A stretch of DNA of 64,000 nt. Source: Candidatus Omnitrophota bacterium. Lineage in GTDB: Bacteria > Omnitrophota > Gorgyraeia > Zapsychrales > Fredricksoniimonadaceae. Made by a program: the position numbers and the translations under genes. The notes below the pieces were generated by a model. The model did not search any database. It was not told the DNA's origin and was given only the letters and a program-made list of their open reading frames with translations. The DNA lies in assembly GCA_903860135.1 (NCBI GenBank), contig CAIOPG010000006.1:100275-164274 (forward strand), read 5' to 3'. Of the stretch, positions 27,785-37,799 are shown piece by piece (within the stretch, counting starts at the first letter, position 1; the number at the start of each line of letters is the position of its first letter).

Positions 27785-29571
27785 TGATGTCTGTTATCAA
27801 GAAATTGGGATCTGTCGGGTTTACGGTTATGATCAGCGTTGCCCTGATCCTTCTTCTGATCATCGCGACGTCCATGGAAGCGGTGCACGGGACGCCGTTT
27901 GCGCAGAAAGCCTTTTATCAAACGCGCTGGTTTGATATGGTGGTTGCTTTATTGTGGATCAATATTTTTTGTTCTACGGTGCTCAGGTTCCCGTTCAAGC
28001 AAGGGCAGATCGGTTTTTTGATCACACACAGCGGGATACTGCTACTTTTGACCGGGGCGTTGATGACGCGCATGTATGGCATTGAAGGCGAGATGACGAT
28101 CTTTGAAGGCGAGACCAGGAATGCGATCAAGCAGTCGGGGTATGCTTTAAGTGCCACGTTCCCGAATCAGGAAGAAGTTTTGTCCGACCTGCGTCAAGGG
28201 AATATTAAGGTTGCGTTGACACGCGAACGCTTGAATGCCGCGGCGCCTTTTTGCCCGCTTGAACCAAAGAAGGCCGTCGGTGATAGGGAACACCCGGAAC
28301 AAATGGTTGATGTTAATATTGTGAATATTATAGAAAAGGCATCCGAGCGCAGGCAAGTGATCATCGGGGATGCGCAGGCACCGGTCAATCATGCCATCGA
28401 GGTCAGGGTTCATAGCCAGCAATTGGCGCAGGACACTGCGGTATGGCTTGTTGAACATGACACCCAGGATCATGGGGCCGATACGGCCATGGCCGGGCCG
28501 ATCAAACTGATGATGCGCCCGGATGTTCGACCAGCACCGGCGCAGCAACCGATCCTCCATATTGTTGATCAAGCTGGCAAGGAGATTCTAGCTATTAATG
28601 TGAGTGACACCGGGCTGGCCAAAAGTATTCGCCTGGGCAAAACAGGTTTGACGATCAAAGATCTTGAATACTATCCCTATGCCACGGTATCGGCGAATAA
28701 GCTGATTAATTTTCCTGAAGGCAAGCGTTTGAATCCGGCTGTTGTTTTTAATCTGGTTGATGCTAAAAAAGTGTCTGTGCGCCAGGTCAAGTTCGCTTTT
28801 TTCCCGGAATTTGAGTCCATGCATCCGCAGGTTTCAAAAACAGCCGCGCGTGTCCAGATAAAATTTGAAGCTGGTAAACCGCAAGCGGTCGAAGAGCCGT
28901 TTGATGGTTTGCAGGTTTCTTTTGTGTACGATCAGGGAAATAGTTGGAAATACCGGACAAAGTTTCAGGATAAATTCTTGGCCGAGGGGAATGTGGTGGC
29001 GGGTGCTTGCGTGCCGGCGGGATGGAGCGATGCAGAGTTTTGTGTTCGCCAAACAATGTCCCGGGCTCAGATAAGTTATGATATAGCCCCATCGGAGAAT
29101 GGCCAGGGCGGGGTGTTGGCTGCGGCGGTTACGGTGCCTGCGGCAAGTCCTGCGGATGTTTTTTGGGTATTTGAAGGACGACGGACACCGGTGCGGTTAG
29201 CTCAGGGTGAGATTAAACTTTCCCTGGTGCCTGAAACACGGGCAATGCCTTTTGCTTTGACGTTGAAACAATTTAGGAAAGTTGATTATCCAGGGACGCA
29301 AGACGCGGCAAGCTACGAGAGCGATGTGGTCCTGGTCGATACCGTGCGCAAGGTGTCATTGGAACGCACGGTCGTCATGAATCATCCTTTGGAATATGAC
29401 GGTTACAAGATATTCCAGTCGTCATACTTCAATGATCCGGAAGCGGGCAAGGCGTCTGTCTTTACCGTTTCAAAAAATCCAGGTATCCCGTGGATTTACA
29501 TAGGATCGATCCTGGCGTGTCTCGGTGCTATATTTCAGTTCTATGGGCCTGAACAAAAGAAGGTGGCATGA
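27775..29571 (+). CDS. resB: cytochrome c biogenesis protein ResB/Ccs1 (system II)
   Basis: N-terminal TMs, a large periplasmic domain and a C-terminal TM, located immediately upstream of ccsA. Confidence 0.7.
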   Translation: MCLMMSVIKKLGSVGFTVMISVALILLLIIATSMEAVHGTPFAQKAFYQTRWFDMVVALLWINIFCSTVLRFPFKQGQIGFLITHSGILLLLTGALMTRMYGIEGEMTIFEGETRNAIKQSGYALSATFPNQEEVLSDLRQGNIKVALTRERLNAAAPFCPLEPKKAVGDREHPEQMVDVNIVNIIEKASERRQVIIGDAQAPVNHAIEVRVHSQQLAQDTAVWLVEHDTQDHGADTAMAGPIKLMMRPDVRPAPAQQPILHIVDQAGKEILAINVSDTGLAKSIRLGKTGLTIKDLEYYPYATVSANKLINFPEGKRLNPAVVFNLVDAKKVSVRQVKFAFFPEFESMHPQVSKTAARVQIKFEAGKPQAVEEPFDGLQVSFVYDQGNSWKYRTKFQDKFLAEGNVVAGACVPAGWSDAEFCVRQTMSRAQISYDIAPSENGQGGVLAAAVTVPAASPADVFWVFEGRRTPVRLAQGEIKLSLVPETRAMPFALTLKQFRKVDYPGTQDAASYESDVVLVDTVRKVSLERTVVMNHPLEYDGYKIFQSSYFNDPEAGKASVFTVSKNPGIPWIYIGSILACLGAIFQFYGPEQKKVA

Positions 29572-31133
29572 AAAAGATAATTTTTGCGGCAGGTATCGGT
29601 TTGTTGTGGGTAATGGTCGCTTATCCGGTATTGGCATCTGCCAAGCCTGAAGGTATCGCTATCCAGCATCATGGCCGGATCAAGCCATTTTCTGCTTTTG
29701 CCCAGGAAACCTTGCAATTGATCAGCGGTAAAGACCACTGGCAGGGGCAAACAGCAACAGCGTTATTCCTTACGAATCTTGATCATCCGCAACGTTTCCT
29801 TGATTTGCCGTTTATCAGGGTCGATCATCCGGCATTGAGAAAGTTGCTAAGCCTTCCTCTAGAAAGTGGCAATGTTTCTTATCAACAGATCATGTCAGCC
29901 GAGGAAACACTCCTGGCTTTGGTGCGCAGTGCTGCTGACAAACGTGCGGCAGACAAGCGGCCGTCGGCAATTGAACAGCAGGCAGAAACGGTGTATCAAC
30001 GTGTGACCGTTGTTCAGAGTTTATTTTCAGGAGCGTCGATCACGGTCATCCCGGCGGAAAGGGTGTGGTTATCGCCGTTTCAATCCGCAGAAGCACCTGC
30101 TGAAGCCTTCAAAAAGCTTGTGCATGCGTTGGCTGTCAAGGCTCCCGGATGTGACTTGGTTGTCCAACAATGGATCGTCGAGAGTCATCGCTCTATCAGC
30201 AAAGCGGTGCAGTTCCGTATCGAGATGGAGAGGATCTATTATCAATTTCAGCCTTTTTATCTGGCCTGGATCTTTTATCTGGGTGGTTTTATATTTTTAT
30301 TGCCTAGGCAACCGTGGGTCAGAAAGACAGGGAAGTTTCTGATTCTGGCGGGTTTCCTGGGGCATTTGACGGGAATAATTTTGCGTTGGACCATCTTGTT
30401 AAGGCCGCCGGTCGCCAATATGTATGAAACCATGATCTTTATGGACTTGATCCTGATGGTGACGGTGGGTGTATTTGTGATCGTGCGCAAGCGTCCTGCC
30501 TTCTTGTCGAGCGGTGCCTTGGTCAGTGCTTTGATCATGCTTTATGCCCGATTGTTGCCGGTCGATCAGTCCTTGGATGTCCTTACGCCGGTCCTGCGCA
30601 GCAGTTACTGGCTGACGGTGCATGTGATCACGATCATTTCCAGCTATAGCCTTTTTGCATTTGCCATGGCCGTGGCGCATCGACATCTGTTTTTGTCGGC
30701 ACGTGGCAAGCCTACACCGCACGAAGAGCAGATCTCGGCGGATACGATCCTGCGTTTGTTGCAGGCTGGCTTGATCGCCTTGGGTGCGGGCACGATCCTC
30801 GGCGGTGTATGGGCGAATGAGGCCTGGGGCCGTTTTTGGGGCTGGGATCCCAAAGAAACATGGGCTTTTATCACGTTCTTGGGATATATGGCCATTCTTC
30901 ATTTGCGTCATAGTCGACGGTTGAATGATTTTGCTCTGGCTGTCAGCGCAATCTTTGGATTCTTGCTGGTGGTGATGACATGGTATGGCGTAAACTTTGT
31001 CCTGGGTCGCGGTCTGCACAGTTATGGTACGGGTTCCGGTGGCTTGACCTGGATCATTTATTTTTTGATCTTTGAAGCAGTCTTTTTAGCTTTTGTTTTC
31101 ATCAATAAGAAATCTAACAACAAGGGGCGTTGA
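29568..31133 (+). CDS. ccsA: cytochrome c-type biogenesis protein CcsA/ResC
   Basis: WWD/haem-handling motif WGRFWGWDPKETW, a polytopic membrane protein. Confidence 0.85.
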   Translation: MKKIIFAAGIGLLWVMVAYPVLASAKPEGIAIQHHGRIKPFSAFAQETLQLISGKDHWQGQTATALFLTNLDHPQRFLDLPFIRVDHPALRKLLSLPLESGNVSYQQIMSAEETLLALVRSAADKRAADKRPSAIEQQAETVYQRVTVVQSLFSGASITVIPAERVWLSPFQSAEAPAEAFKKLVHALAVKAPGCDLVVQQWIVESHRSISKAVQFRIEMERIYYQFQPFYLAWIFYLGGFIFLLPRQPWVRKTGKFLILAGFLGHLTGIILRWTILLRPPVANMYETMIFMDLILMVTVGVFVIVRKRPAFLSSGALVSALIMLYARLLPVDQSLDVLTPVLRSSYWLTVHVITIISSYSLFAFAMAVAHRHLFLSARGKPTPHEEQISADTILRLLQAGLIALGAGTILGGVWANEAWGRFWGWDPKETWAFITFLGYMAILHLRHSRRLNDFALAVSAIFGFLLVVMTWYGVNFVLGRGLHSYGTGSGGLTWIIYFLIFEAVFLAFVFINKKSNNKGR

Positions 31134-31137
31134 TCCC

Positions 31138-31488
31138 ATGAAAAACAATAAGAAAAGGAATCGTATGCGCAGTCGACTTCTAAAATTATTTGCAATACTT
31201 CCCGTGATTTCAGCAGGTTTTATTATTATCAACCTGCCAGCACGCGCGGATGTCGCCGAGATGAAAAAGTATAAAGAAGCTTTTCCCGAAACAAAGCCCA
31301 AGTGCATCAATTGCCATGTGGCCGAGCTTCCCAAGAAAGAAGAAGCGGCGCATGAGTGGAACGATTACGGCAAAGCTGTTATGGCGCAAGTGGCAAAGGA
31401 TGGTATCAAGGGCGATGAAGCTGATGAACCTCGTCCGACACCTGAAACGTATACGCGTGTGGGTAAGATCGAAGATTTCAAAAAATAA
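31138..31488 (+). CDS. small secreted monohaem cytochrome c
   Basis: Signal/TM segment and a single CINCH motif. Confidence 0.55.
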   Translation: MKNNKKRNRMRSRLLKLFAILPVISAGFIIINLPARADVAEMKKYKEAFPETKPKCINCHVAELPKKEEAAHEWNDYGKAVMAQVAKDGIKGDEADEPRPTPETYTRVGKIEDFKK

Positions 31489-31506
31489 AGATACCGAAGG
31501 AGGTTT

Positions 31507-32292
31507 ATGAGAGCTAACCATTCTTTTTTTTTATGTTTAACAAGGGCCATGTTTTTGAGTGTGGCACTGTTTTGCTTGGTCTTTTGCGCCGGGAGAATAT
31601 CGAATGCTCAGGCACTGGTCGAGCAGAAAGCTCCTTCTGTGTCGCAGAAGGGGGCAACGTATGTGGGCATGGAAACCTGCGCCACGTGCCACGAGGATCA
31701 GGCAAAGCAATTCAAACTTTCACCGCACGCCAGGTTGGTGACAAAGGGCACAAAGGATGTGCCTCAGGCGTGCGAAACGTGCCATGGACCGGGCAGTATC
31801 CATGCGGAGAACGGCGGCGGTAAAGGGAATGCCATCACCAATCCCAAGAAAGACCCAACGATTTGTTTCACGTGTCATACGGAAAAGAAGATGGAATTCC
31901 GCCTGCCCAATCATCACCCGGTGCTCGAGGGCAAGATGAGCTGTGTGGATTGCCATGAAATGCATGGTTCTGATGCCAAAGCATCGGCAACGTCCATGGA
32001 AGGGCCCAATGAGACGTGTTTCAAGTGCCACAAGGATCAACAGGGGCCGTTTGTGTATGAACATCCAGCGATGCGTGAAGGCTGCACCTCGTGCCATAAG
32101 GTGCATGGATCCATTAATGCGAAAATGTTGCTGGCCAGGGATTTCAATCTTTGTGTAAAATGTCATTCTCAGGCAAATTTCCCGACGCTGGTTACAGACA
32201 ATCACGCAACTAATATGCAGCGGGCAGGCGCTTGCTGGGAGTGCCACACCCGGCCGCATGGGTCTAATTTTGCGCCAAAATTTACGTATTAA
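31507..32292 (+). CDS. periplasmic octahaem cytochrome c
   Basis: Signal peptide and eight CxxCH motifs (CATCH, CETCH, CFTCH, CVDCH, CFKCH, CTSCH, CVKCH, CWECH) in about 230 mature residues. Confidence 0.8.
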   Translation: MRANHSFFLCLTRAMFLSVALFCLVFCAGRISNAQALVEQKAPSVSQKGATYVGMETCATCHEDQAKQFKLSPHARLVTKGTKDVPQACETCHGPGSIHAENGGGKGNAITNPKKDPTICFTCHTEKKMEFRLPNHHPVLEGKMSCVDCHEMHGSDAKASATSMEGPNETCFKCHKDQQGPFVYEHPAMREGCTSCHKVHGSINAKMLLARDFNLCVKCHSQANFPTLVTDNHATNMQRAGACWECHTRPHGSNFAPKFTY

Positions 32293-32304
32293 AAAGGGGG
32301 TCCA

Positions 32305-34383
32305 GTGATGCGCGATCACTTCGGGGTTAAATTAGTCAGATTTATGTTGGCTGTGGTGATGTTGATGGCATGGAGTGTACCTTCTTTTGCCCAGGAAAGC
32401 GCGGTGGTTTTGACATTGAGGCCGGTTCAGACGGCTTTTGTTAAAGGGGACGTGTCAAAATTCAGGGCGATCAATTGGACCAAGGATGGCGCACAATCCG
32501 GGATCAAGGCGTTGCTCCTTGATGTCAAACCGACAAAAGATGTCACAGTGTCTTTTGAGGGCAGTGGCATGGTCGGTGATGCGGATTATACCGGCGGGAT
32601 GCTGGTTACCAAAGAGAACCTGGGGTATGTGAAGTTCAATTATGATTCTTTCCGGAAGTATTATGATAATAAGGGTGGGTACTATCCTTTTCCTTCAGCG
32701 GGGATGGCGTTACAGACATTGACTCAAGATCTGAAGCTGGATGTGGGGCATTTTGCCGTTGAGATCGGCAAAGGCACTGCCAGTGACCCTGATTTCAGCG
32801 TTGGTTATGAACGCGCCACCAAGAATGGTATCAAAGACAGTACGACCTGGGGGTATGTCAAAGATTATGCGTATAATGCCAATGCGACGGTTAATCGCAA
32901 AAAGATTGCACCGATCTTTATTACCAAAGATGAAATCACGGACACGTTGACTGTTAAAGGCAAGGTGGATGTGGCAGGATTTAAGGTCAAGGGTGAACAG
33001 AAGTATGTTTTCTTCAAGGGTAATAATTTACGTGAAGAGCGTGTTTACGGCAGCGCAGGGGCAACCACGGCTGAGAATAAGATCACGCGTCAGACGGAAA
33101 CACCGCAGACCAAGGAATTGTCATCGGTGATCCGCGCCGAGCGCTGGTCATTGAATGATAAGACGTATGTGGCCATGGGGTATCGTTTTGGCCATGTGCG
33201 TAATTCCATGCTTTATGTGTCCAGGGATTATAATTCAGCGACAGGGCTCTTGTTGTGGTCAGCCGGAAATTTCAAGGATGGATATGCCCAGAATATTCAG
33301 GATACGCATACGGTGACGGGCATGATGTCATCGAACCTGACCGATCAGTTGACGCTGATCTCCAGGGTTAAGGGAGAATTAAAAAGTAGTTATGGCACCA
33401 GCCATCAGTATTTCTTGAATAGCGCTGAAGTAGGGACGACGGATCTTTATCAGGTGAATGAAGACAAAGTGACCAACAGTGCTGAAAGTTTCTCGCTGAG
33501 GTATGCCGGGATTGCACGGACAAGCCTTTATGCGGACCTTGAGTTGAGCCAGGAACGGAACTGGAAGGCGTTAAATTATCCAACATCATGGTCGACGTCG
33601 GCACCGAATCCGGCACTGTTGCTTTCGGAAACGATCAACCATGTGCCTGAAACAGTGGGGACGCTGGGAATGCGCGTAACCCCGGTTGACAAGGTGAGCC
33701 TGACGACCGAACTTAAGTATAAAGAAAAGATAGATAAGCTGGATAAGGTCACGGGCTCTGCGGCGACGTATATCAATAAGCTCAATACCGTTTCTGAGGA
33801 GGTATCAACGCGCCTGGCCTGGAAGCCGTTTAAATGGCTGGAGAATTCTTTTAAGGTCAAGGCGGTGGATAACCTTTACCGTATCCAGGCCATGAACTTT
33901 AACAAGGTCAAGATGCCGGGCACCGAGCGTGATTTTATCTATGGCATTAATCTTATGCCGACGGATCAGGTGATGGTTAACCTGTCGTATGCACTGCAAT
34001 TATCCAAGACAGGCGGGATCGGGGATCAAAGTGTTTACGCCCCGCCGCCGTATACCGCCAATGTGTATACCTGGGCGTTGAGCAGCAGTTATGCGCCGAC
34101 GGAGAAATTTATTTTCTTCGATTCCCTGGAGTACTCAAGGGCCAAGAACCAGACGAATGTTGACGGGAAAAGCATTACGACAACGCTGGCGTCGATGGGA
34201 CCCATGCTCATGGGGCTCGACCAGGAATGGTACAGCATTGACAATGGGGTTAAATGGCTGCCGACCAAGAGCCTGACCATTGAACCGCATTATGCGTATT
34301 ATGCTTTCCGTAATTTTGAAGGCGTATCTACCGGCAATTACAGCGCGCATGTTATCTGGCTGGATGTGAATGTGACGTGGTGA
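32305..34383 (+). CDS. large outer-membrane beta-barrel protein (candidate porin partner of the adjacent cytochromes)
   Basis: Signal peptide ending AQE, 692 aa, a pattern of alternating hydrophobic residues and a C-terminal aromatic (..VNVTW). Confidence 0.5.
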   Translation: MMRDHFGVKLVRFMLAVVMLMAWSVPSFAQESAVVLTLRPVQTAFVKGDVSKFRAINWTKDGAQSGIKALLLDVKPTKDVTVSFEGSGMVGDADYTGGMLVTKENLGYVKFNYDSFRKYYDNKGGYYPFPSAGMALQTLTQDLKLDVGHFAVEIGKGTASDPDFSVGYERATKNGIKDSTTWGYVKDYAYNANATVNRKKIAPIFITKDEITDTLTVKGKVDVAGFKVKGEQKYVFFKGNNLREERVYGSAGATTAENKITRQTETPQTKELSSVIRAERWSLNDKTYVAMGYRFGHVRNSMLYVSRDYNSATGLLLWSAGNFKDGYAQNIQDTHTVTGMMSSNLTDQLTLISRVKGELKSSYGTSHQYFLNSAEVGTTDLYQVNEDKVTNSAESFSLRYAGIARTSLYADLELSQERNWKALNYPTSWSTSAPNPALLLSETINHVPETVGTLGMRVTPVDKVSLTTELKYKEKIDKLDKVTGSAATYINKLNTVSEEVSTRLAWKPFKWLENSFKVKAVDNLYRIQAMNFNKVKMPGTERDFIYGINLMPTDQVMVNLSYALQLSKTGGIGDQSVYAPPPYTANVYTWALSSSYAPTEKFIFFDSLEYSRAKNQTNVDGKSITTTLASMGPMLMGLDQEWYSIDNGVKWLPTKSLTIEPHYAYYAFRNFEGVSTGNYSAHVIWLDVNVTW

Positions 34384-34432
34384 TGTGCATTTATTTTATT
34401 GATCGATCAACGAGGGTGTTGAAGCGTTCCAT

Positions 34433-34462
34433 GAAATCCCCGGTCGTGTGATCGGGGATTTC
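34433..34462 (+). other. perfect 10-bp inverted repeat hairpin (gaaatccccg / cggggatttc, 10-nt loop) between the barrel gene and cysG-N
   Basis: Read directly from the sequence. It has no T-run, so it is not a canonical intrinsic terminator. Confidence 0.4.
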
Positions 34463-34478
34463 CATCATAGAGGTAGGC

Positions 34479-35123
34479 ATGGGGTATAAGGTATATTATC
34501 CGGTTAATCTGGATTTAAACGGCAAACGATGCCTGGTGGTCGGCGGCGGGGCAGTGGCGGCCCGCAAGGCGCTCACGCTTATGGCCTTTGGCGGGGTCGT
34601 CACGGTGATCAGCCCGACGCTGGACCCGTTATTGCGGTGCCAGGTTAAATCAGGCAAGATCAGCTATATAGCCGGGAAATATCATCAGAAATTCATGGCA
34701 GGGGCAGCGGTTGTCATTGCGGCCACCGATGATCCGGCGGTGAATCAAATGGTATTCACGCATGCGGTGCGACGCAATATCCTGGTCAATGTGGTGGATG
34801 TACCGGAGTTGTGCACGTTCATTGTGCCGGCGATCGTCAGGCGAGGGCCTTTGGTACTGGGGATATCGACCAGCGGTCAAAGCCCGATGTTCGCGCAGCA
34901 ACAAAAGAAAATGTGTGAAGCCTGCCGAACGCCGCGGCACGGGGATTTTGTCCGCATGATGGGATCGGTGCGTGCCAGGATCAAGCGGCAGTACGCCACG
35001 ATTCCGGAGCGTAAGGCGGTGCATGCGAAGCTCATGGATTCGAACATCCTTGATCTTGTGCTTGCTGGTAAGGCTGTTGCGGCGCGGAAGGTCTTGCTGT
35101 CTATTCTCAAAGGGCGGGTATGA
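34479..35123 (+). CDS. precorrin-2 dehydrogenase / sirohydrochlorin ferrochelatase (siroheme synthase N-terminal domain)
   Basis: Rossmann motif LVVGGGAVAARK with CysG-N/SirC-like length and context. Confidence 0.8.
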   Translation: MGYKVYYPVNLDLNGKRCLVVGGGAVAARKALTLMAFGGVVTVISPTLDPLLRCQVKSGKISYIAGKYHQKFMAGAAVVIAATDDPAVNQMVFTHAVRRNILVNVVDVPELCTFIVPAIVRRGPLVLGISTSGQSPMFAQQQKKMCEACRTPRHGDFVRMMGSVRARIKRQYATIPERKAVHAKLMDSNILDLVLAGKAVAARKVLLSILKGRV

Positions 35124-36058
35124 TCGACAAGAAAATCATTGTCGGGGCTAGGAAAAGTCAGTTATCATTGACGCAGACCAATGGCGTTATAACTGTTTTA
35201 AAAGGGTTTTTCCCGGATTATGACTTTGAATTAAAGACGATTACGACGGCAGGCGACCGGAGCATGGAACCTGCGGCACTCTTTAATCATCAGGGAATTT
35301 TTGTCAAGGAGATCGAGGAAGCGCTGTTGCGCGGCGCAATCGACCTTGGGGTCCACAGTTTGAAGGATATGCCGTGTGCTATCCGTGATGGTTTGGCCCT
35401 GGGGGCTGTCGGTGAGCGTGAAGATCCGCGCGATGCGTTTTTGTCGCGCGACGGGTCAGCATTATGTGATCTGAAGCCAGGCGCTTTGATCGGAACGAGC
35501 AGTGTGCGCCGTCGGGCACAGCTTCTCCTCGCGCGCCCCGACCTTAAGGTGGTTGAGATGCGCGGGAATGTGGATACGCGGCTAAGGAAACTACAGGCGG
35601 GCGAGGTGGATGCCCTGGTTATTGCCTGTGCCGGTTTGGTGCGCCTGGGGCAGGAGCCGTGCATTACAGAACGTTTGTCGCTGGATATGATGCTGTCGGC
35701 GCCTTGCCAGGGGGCGTTGGGCCTTGAGATCCGGCACGATGATGCACGACTCAGGGCGGTTGCCGCGCGGTTTGACCATGCGTTGACGCGGGCGTGTGTG
35801 ACGGCAGAAAGAGCCTTCCTGCAAACATTAGGCGGCGGCTGCAGTTTGCCGGTGGGCGCGTTGGCACGACTGGAAGCTGGTGTGTTCACCCTGACGGGGC
35901 AGGTGGTTGATCCTGACGGGAAGAAAGCGATCCGGCGGAGTGTGTCAGGTCCTATGGCTGCGCCGCAAGCGCTCGGCGAAACGTTGGCCAGGGAATTATG
36001 GGATGCTGACGGGGCGTGGATAAAGCTAGCGTTACAAAGTCCATATTCTAAGAAATAA
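35120..36058 (+). CDS. hemC: porphobilinogen deaminase (hydroxymethylbilane synthase)
   Basis: ...IVGARKSQLSLTQT... and ...GGCSLPVGA... Confidence 0.9.
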   Translation: MIDKKIIVGARKSQLSLTQTNGVITVLKGFFPDYDFELKTITTAGDRSMEPAALFNHQGIFVKEIEEALLRGAIDLGVHSLKDMPCAIRDGLALGAVGEREDPRDAFLSRDGSALCDLKPGALIGTSSVRRRAQLLLARPDLKVVEMRGNVDTRLRKLQAGEVDALVIACAGLVRLGQEPCITERLSLDMMLSAPCQGALGLEIRHDDARLRAVAARFDHALTRACVTAERAFLQTLGGGCSLPVGALARLEAGVFTLTGQVVDPDGKKAIRRSVSGPMAAPQALGETLARELWDADGAWIKLALQSPYSKK

Positions 36059-36069
36059 CAACTTAGAAT

Positions 36070-36216
36070 GTGATCTTTTACGGGTTCTTAAAGCTTGCAG
36101 TAGCCCTTGCTGCTCAGACAGCAGAAACAGCTTTTTCTTGAAATATTTTTATGGAAAGCCTGGTTTCTGAACTCGCGACGGCGGGATACTTCCAGCTTTA
36201 AACCAGTAAAAGCTAG
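36070..36216 (+). repeat. copy 1 of a ~146-nt structured intergenic element (nested inverted repeats), upstream of cobA–hemD
   Basis: About 90% identical to 40967–41111. An outer stem cttttacgggttcttaaagcttg / cagctttaaaccagtaaaag encloses an inner hairpin ctgct-cagac-agcag. Confidence 0.8.
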
Positions 36217-36254
36217 GCGTAATTTAATATATGAAAAGATCGGGACATTAGGTT

Positions 36255-37799
36255 ATGAGATCAGGTAAAGTTTATCTTGTCGGTGCCGGGCCTGGGGATA
36301 TCGGGCTGGTCACACTCAAAGCGGTTGATCTTCTGAAGGCCGCGGATGTGGTGGTGTACGATCAGCTTGTTAATCCTGAAATCCTGGCTTTTGCCCGGCA
36401 AGGCGCGGAGCTTGTGTTTGCAGGAAAATATGCGGGCGATCATGTGTTGGGCCAGGCGGAGATCAATCAGGTCCTCATCGACAGGGCGCATCAGGGAAAA
36501 GCGGTGGTCCGTTTAAAGGGCGGGGATCCGCTGCTTTTTGGCCGCGGTGCCGAGGAAGCCTTGGAGCTGGCCGAAGCCGGGGTGCTTTTTGAGATCGTTC
36601 CGGGTGTGAGTTCTGCCTATGCGGTTCCGGCTTATGCGGGGATCCCGGTCACGTACCGCAATATTTCTTCGCGGCTTAATATTGTCACTGGCCATGAAAC
36701 GCCCGATAAAGGCAAGGCCGTGATCCCGTGGAAGAAGCTTCTCGATAAAAATGGCACGCTTGTTATTCTGATGGGGTTTGGCAATCTGGAGACTATTGTC
36801 CGGCAGATCGTAACGACACCCGAAGCGTTGAAGACGCCGGTGGCCTTGATCAGCAGGGGCACACGCCCCGAACAGCTGGTGGTGACAGGGGTCCTTTCCA
36901 ATATTGTGAAGAAAGTTAAAGCGTCAGGCATGAAGGCCCCGGCGATCATTGTGATCGGGGCGGTGGTGAATTTGCGCAAGAAACTCGACTGGTTCAAGCC
37001 GGAACTTCCGTTGAAAGGCAAGCGGATCCTTGTGACGCGGCCCGTGCATCAGGCCAGTGTGCTGGCTGATCTTTTAAAACGTCAGGGGGCCAGTGTAACC
37101 GCCATACCGCTCATCACCGTCGTTGCATCGAGGGATGTGGCAGGTATCAGGTCGACACTGCATGATCTGGACCAGTATGACTGGATCGTTTTAACCAGTG
37201 TCAACGGAGCGGTTTTTTTTCTGAAGGCACTGGGGCGTCACAAGATCAGCCTTGATCGCTTGAAGGGCAAGAAATTCGCGGCCATTGGTAAAAAGACGGC
37301 CGAGCACCTGGAAGCCGCCGGGATCAAGGTGGACCTGACGCCGCGGGAGTTTGTTCAGGAAGGGCTGGCCGATGCCATGATCCAGGCCATTGCCACAGGG
37401 TCAAGGCGTGTCCTTTTGCCGCATGCCGCCGGAAGCCGGACGGTCCTTGAACAGCGTCTGCGCGCCGCCGGGCTTAAAGTGGATACACTCGATCTGTACA
37501 GCACCAGGCCGGTCACGGAAAATCATCGGCGTGTGAAGAAGCTGTTTGAGGATCGCAAAGTTGATGCGGTCATGCTCACCAGTTCATCGTGTGCGGAAAG
37601 TTTTATCGATGTGTTTGACCGTTCACGCCTGAAGCAAGCGGTGGGGGATGTTGTTATGGCGTCGATCGGTCCGATCACGTCGGCAACCATCCGCAAGGCC
37701 GGCTTGGCCGTGGCGGTGGAAAGTCAGGAGTCGACGATCGAAGGTGTTACCCATGCGCTTGTGGGCTATTACCGTCAATCAAAGAAAGACGCCACATGA
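36255..37799 (+). CDS. fused uroporphyrinogen-III C-methyltransferase / uroporphyrinogen-III synthase
   Basis: N-terminal CobA/SUMT (VYLVGAGPGDIGLVTLKA...VVYD); the C-terminal ~250 aa are HemD-like. Confidence 0.85.
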   Translation: MRSGKVYLVGAGPGDIGLVTLKAVDLLKAADVVVYDQLVNPEILAFARQGAELVFAGKYAGDHVLGQAEINQVLIDRAHQGKAVVRLKGGDPLLFGRGAEEALELAEAGVLFEIVPGVSSAYAVPAYAGIPVTYRNISSRLNIVTGHETPDKGKAVIPWKKLLDKNGTLVILMGFGNLETIVRQIVTTPEALKTPVALISRGTRPEQLVVTGVLSNIVKKVKASGMKAPAIIVIGAVVNLRKKLDWFKPELPLKGKRILVTRPVHQASVLADLLKRQGASVTAIPLITVVASRDVAGIRSTLHDLDQYDWIVLTSVNGAVFFLKALGRHKISLDRLKGKKFAAIGKKTAEHLEAAGIKVDLTPREFVQEGLADAMIQAIATGSRRVLLPHAAGSRTVLEQRLRAAGLKVDTLDLYSTRPVTENHRRVKKLFEDRKVDAVMLTSSSCAESFIDVFDRSRLKQAVGDVVMASIGPITSATIRKAGLAVAVESQESTIEGVTHALVGYYRQSKKDAT

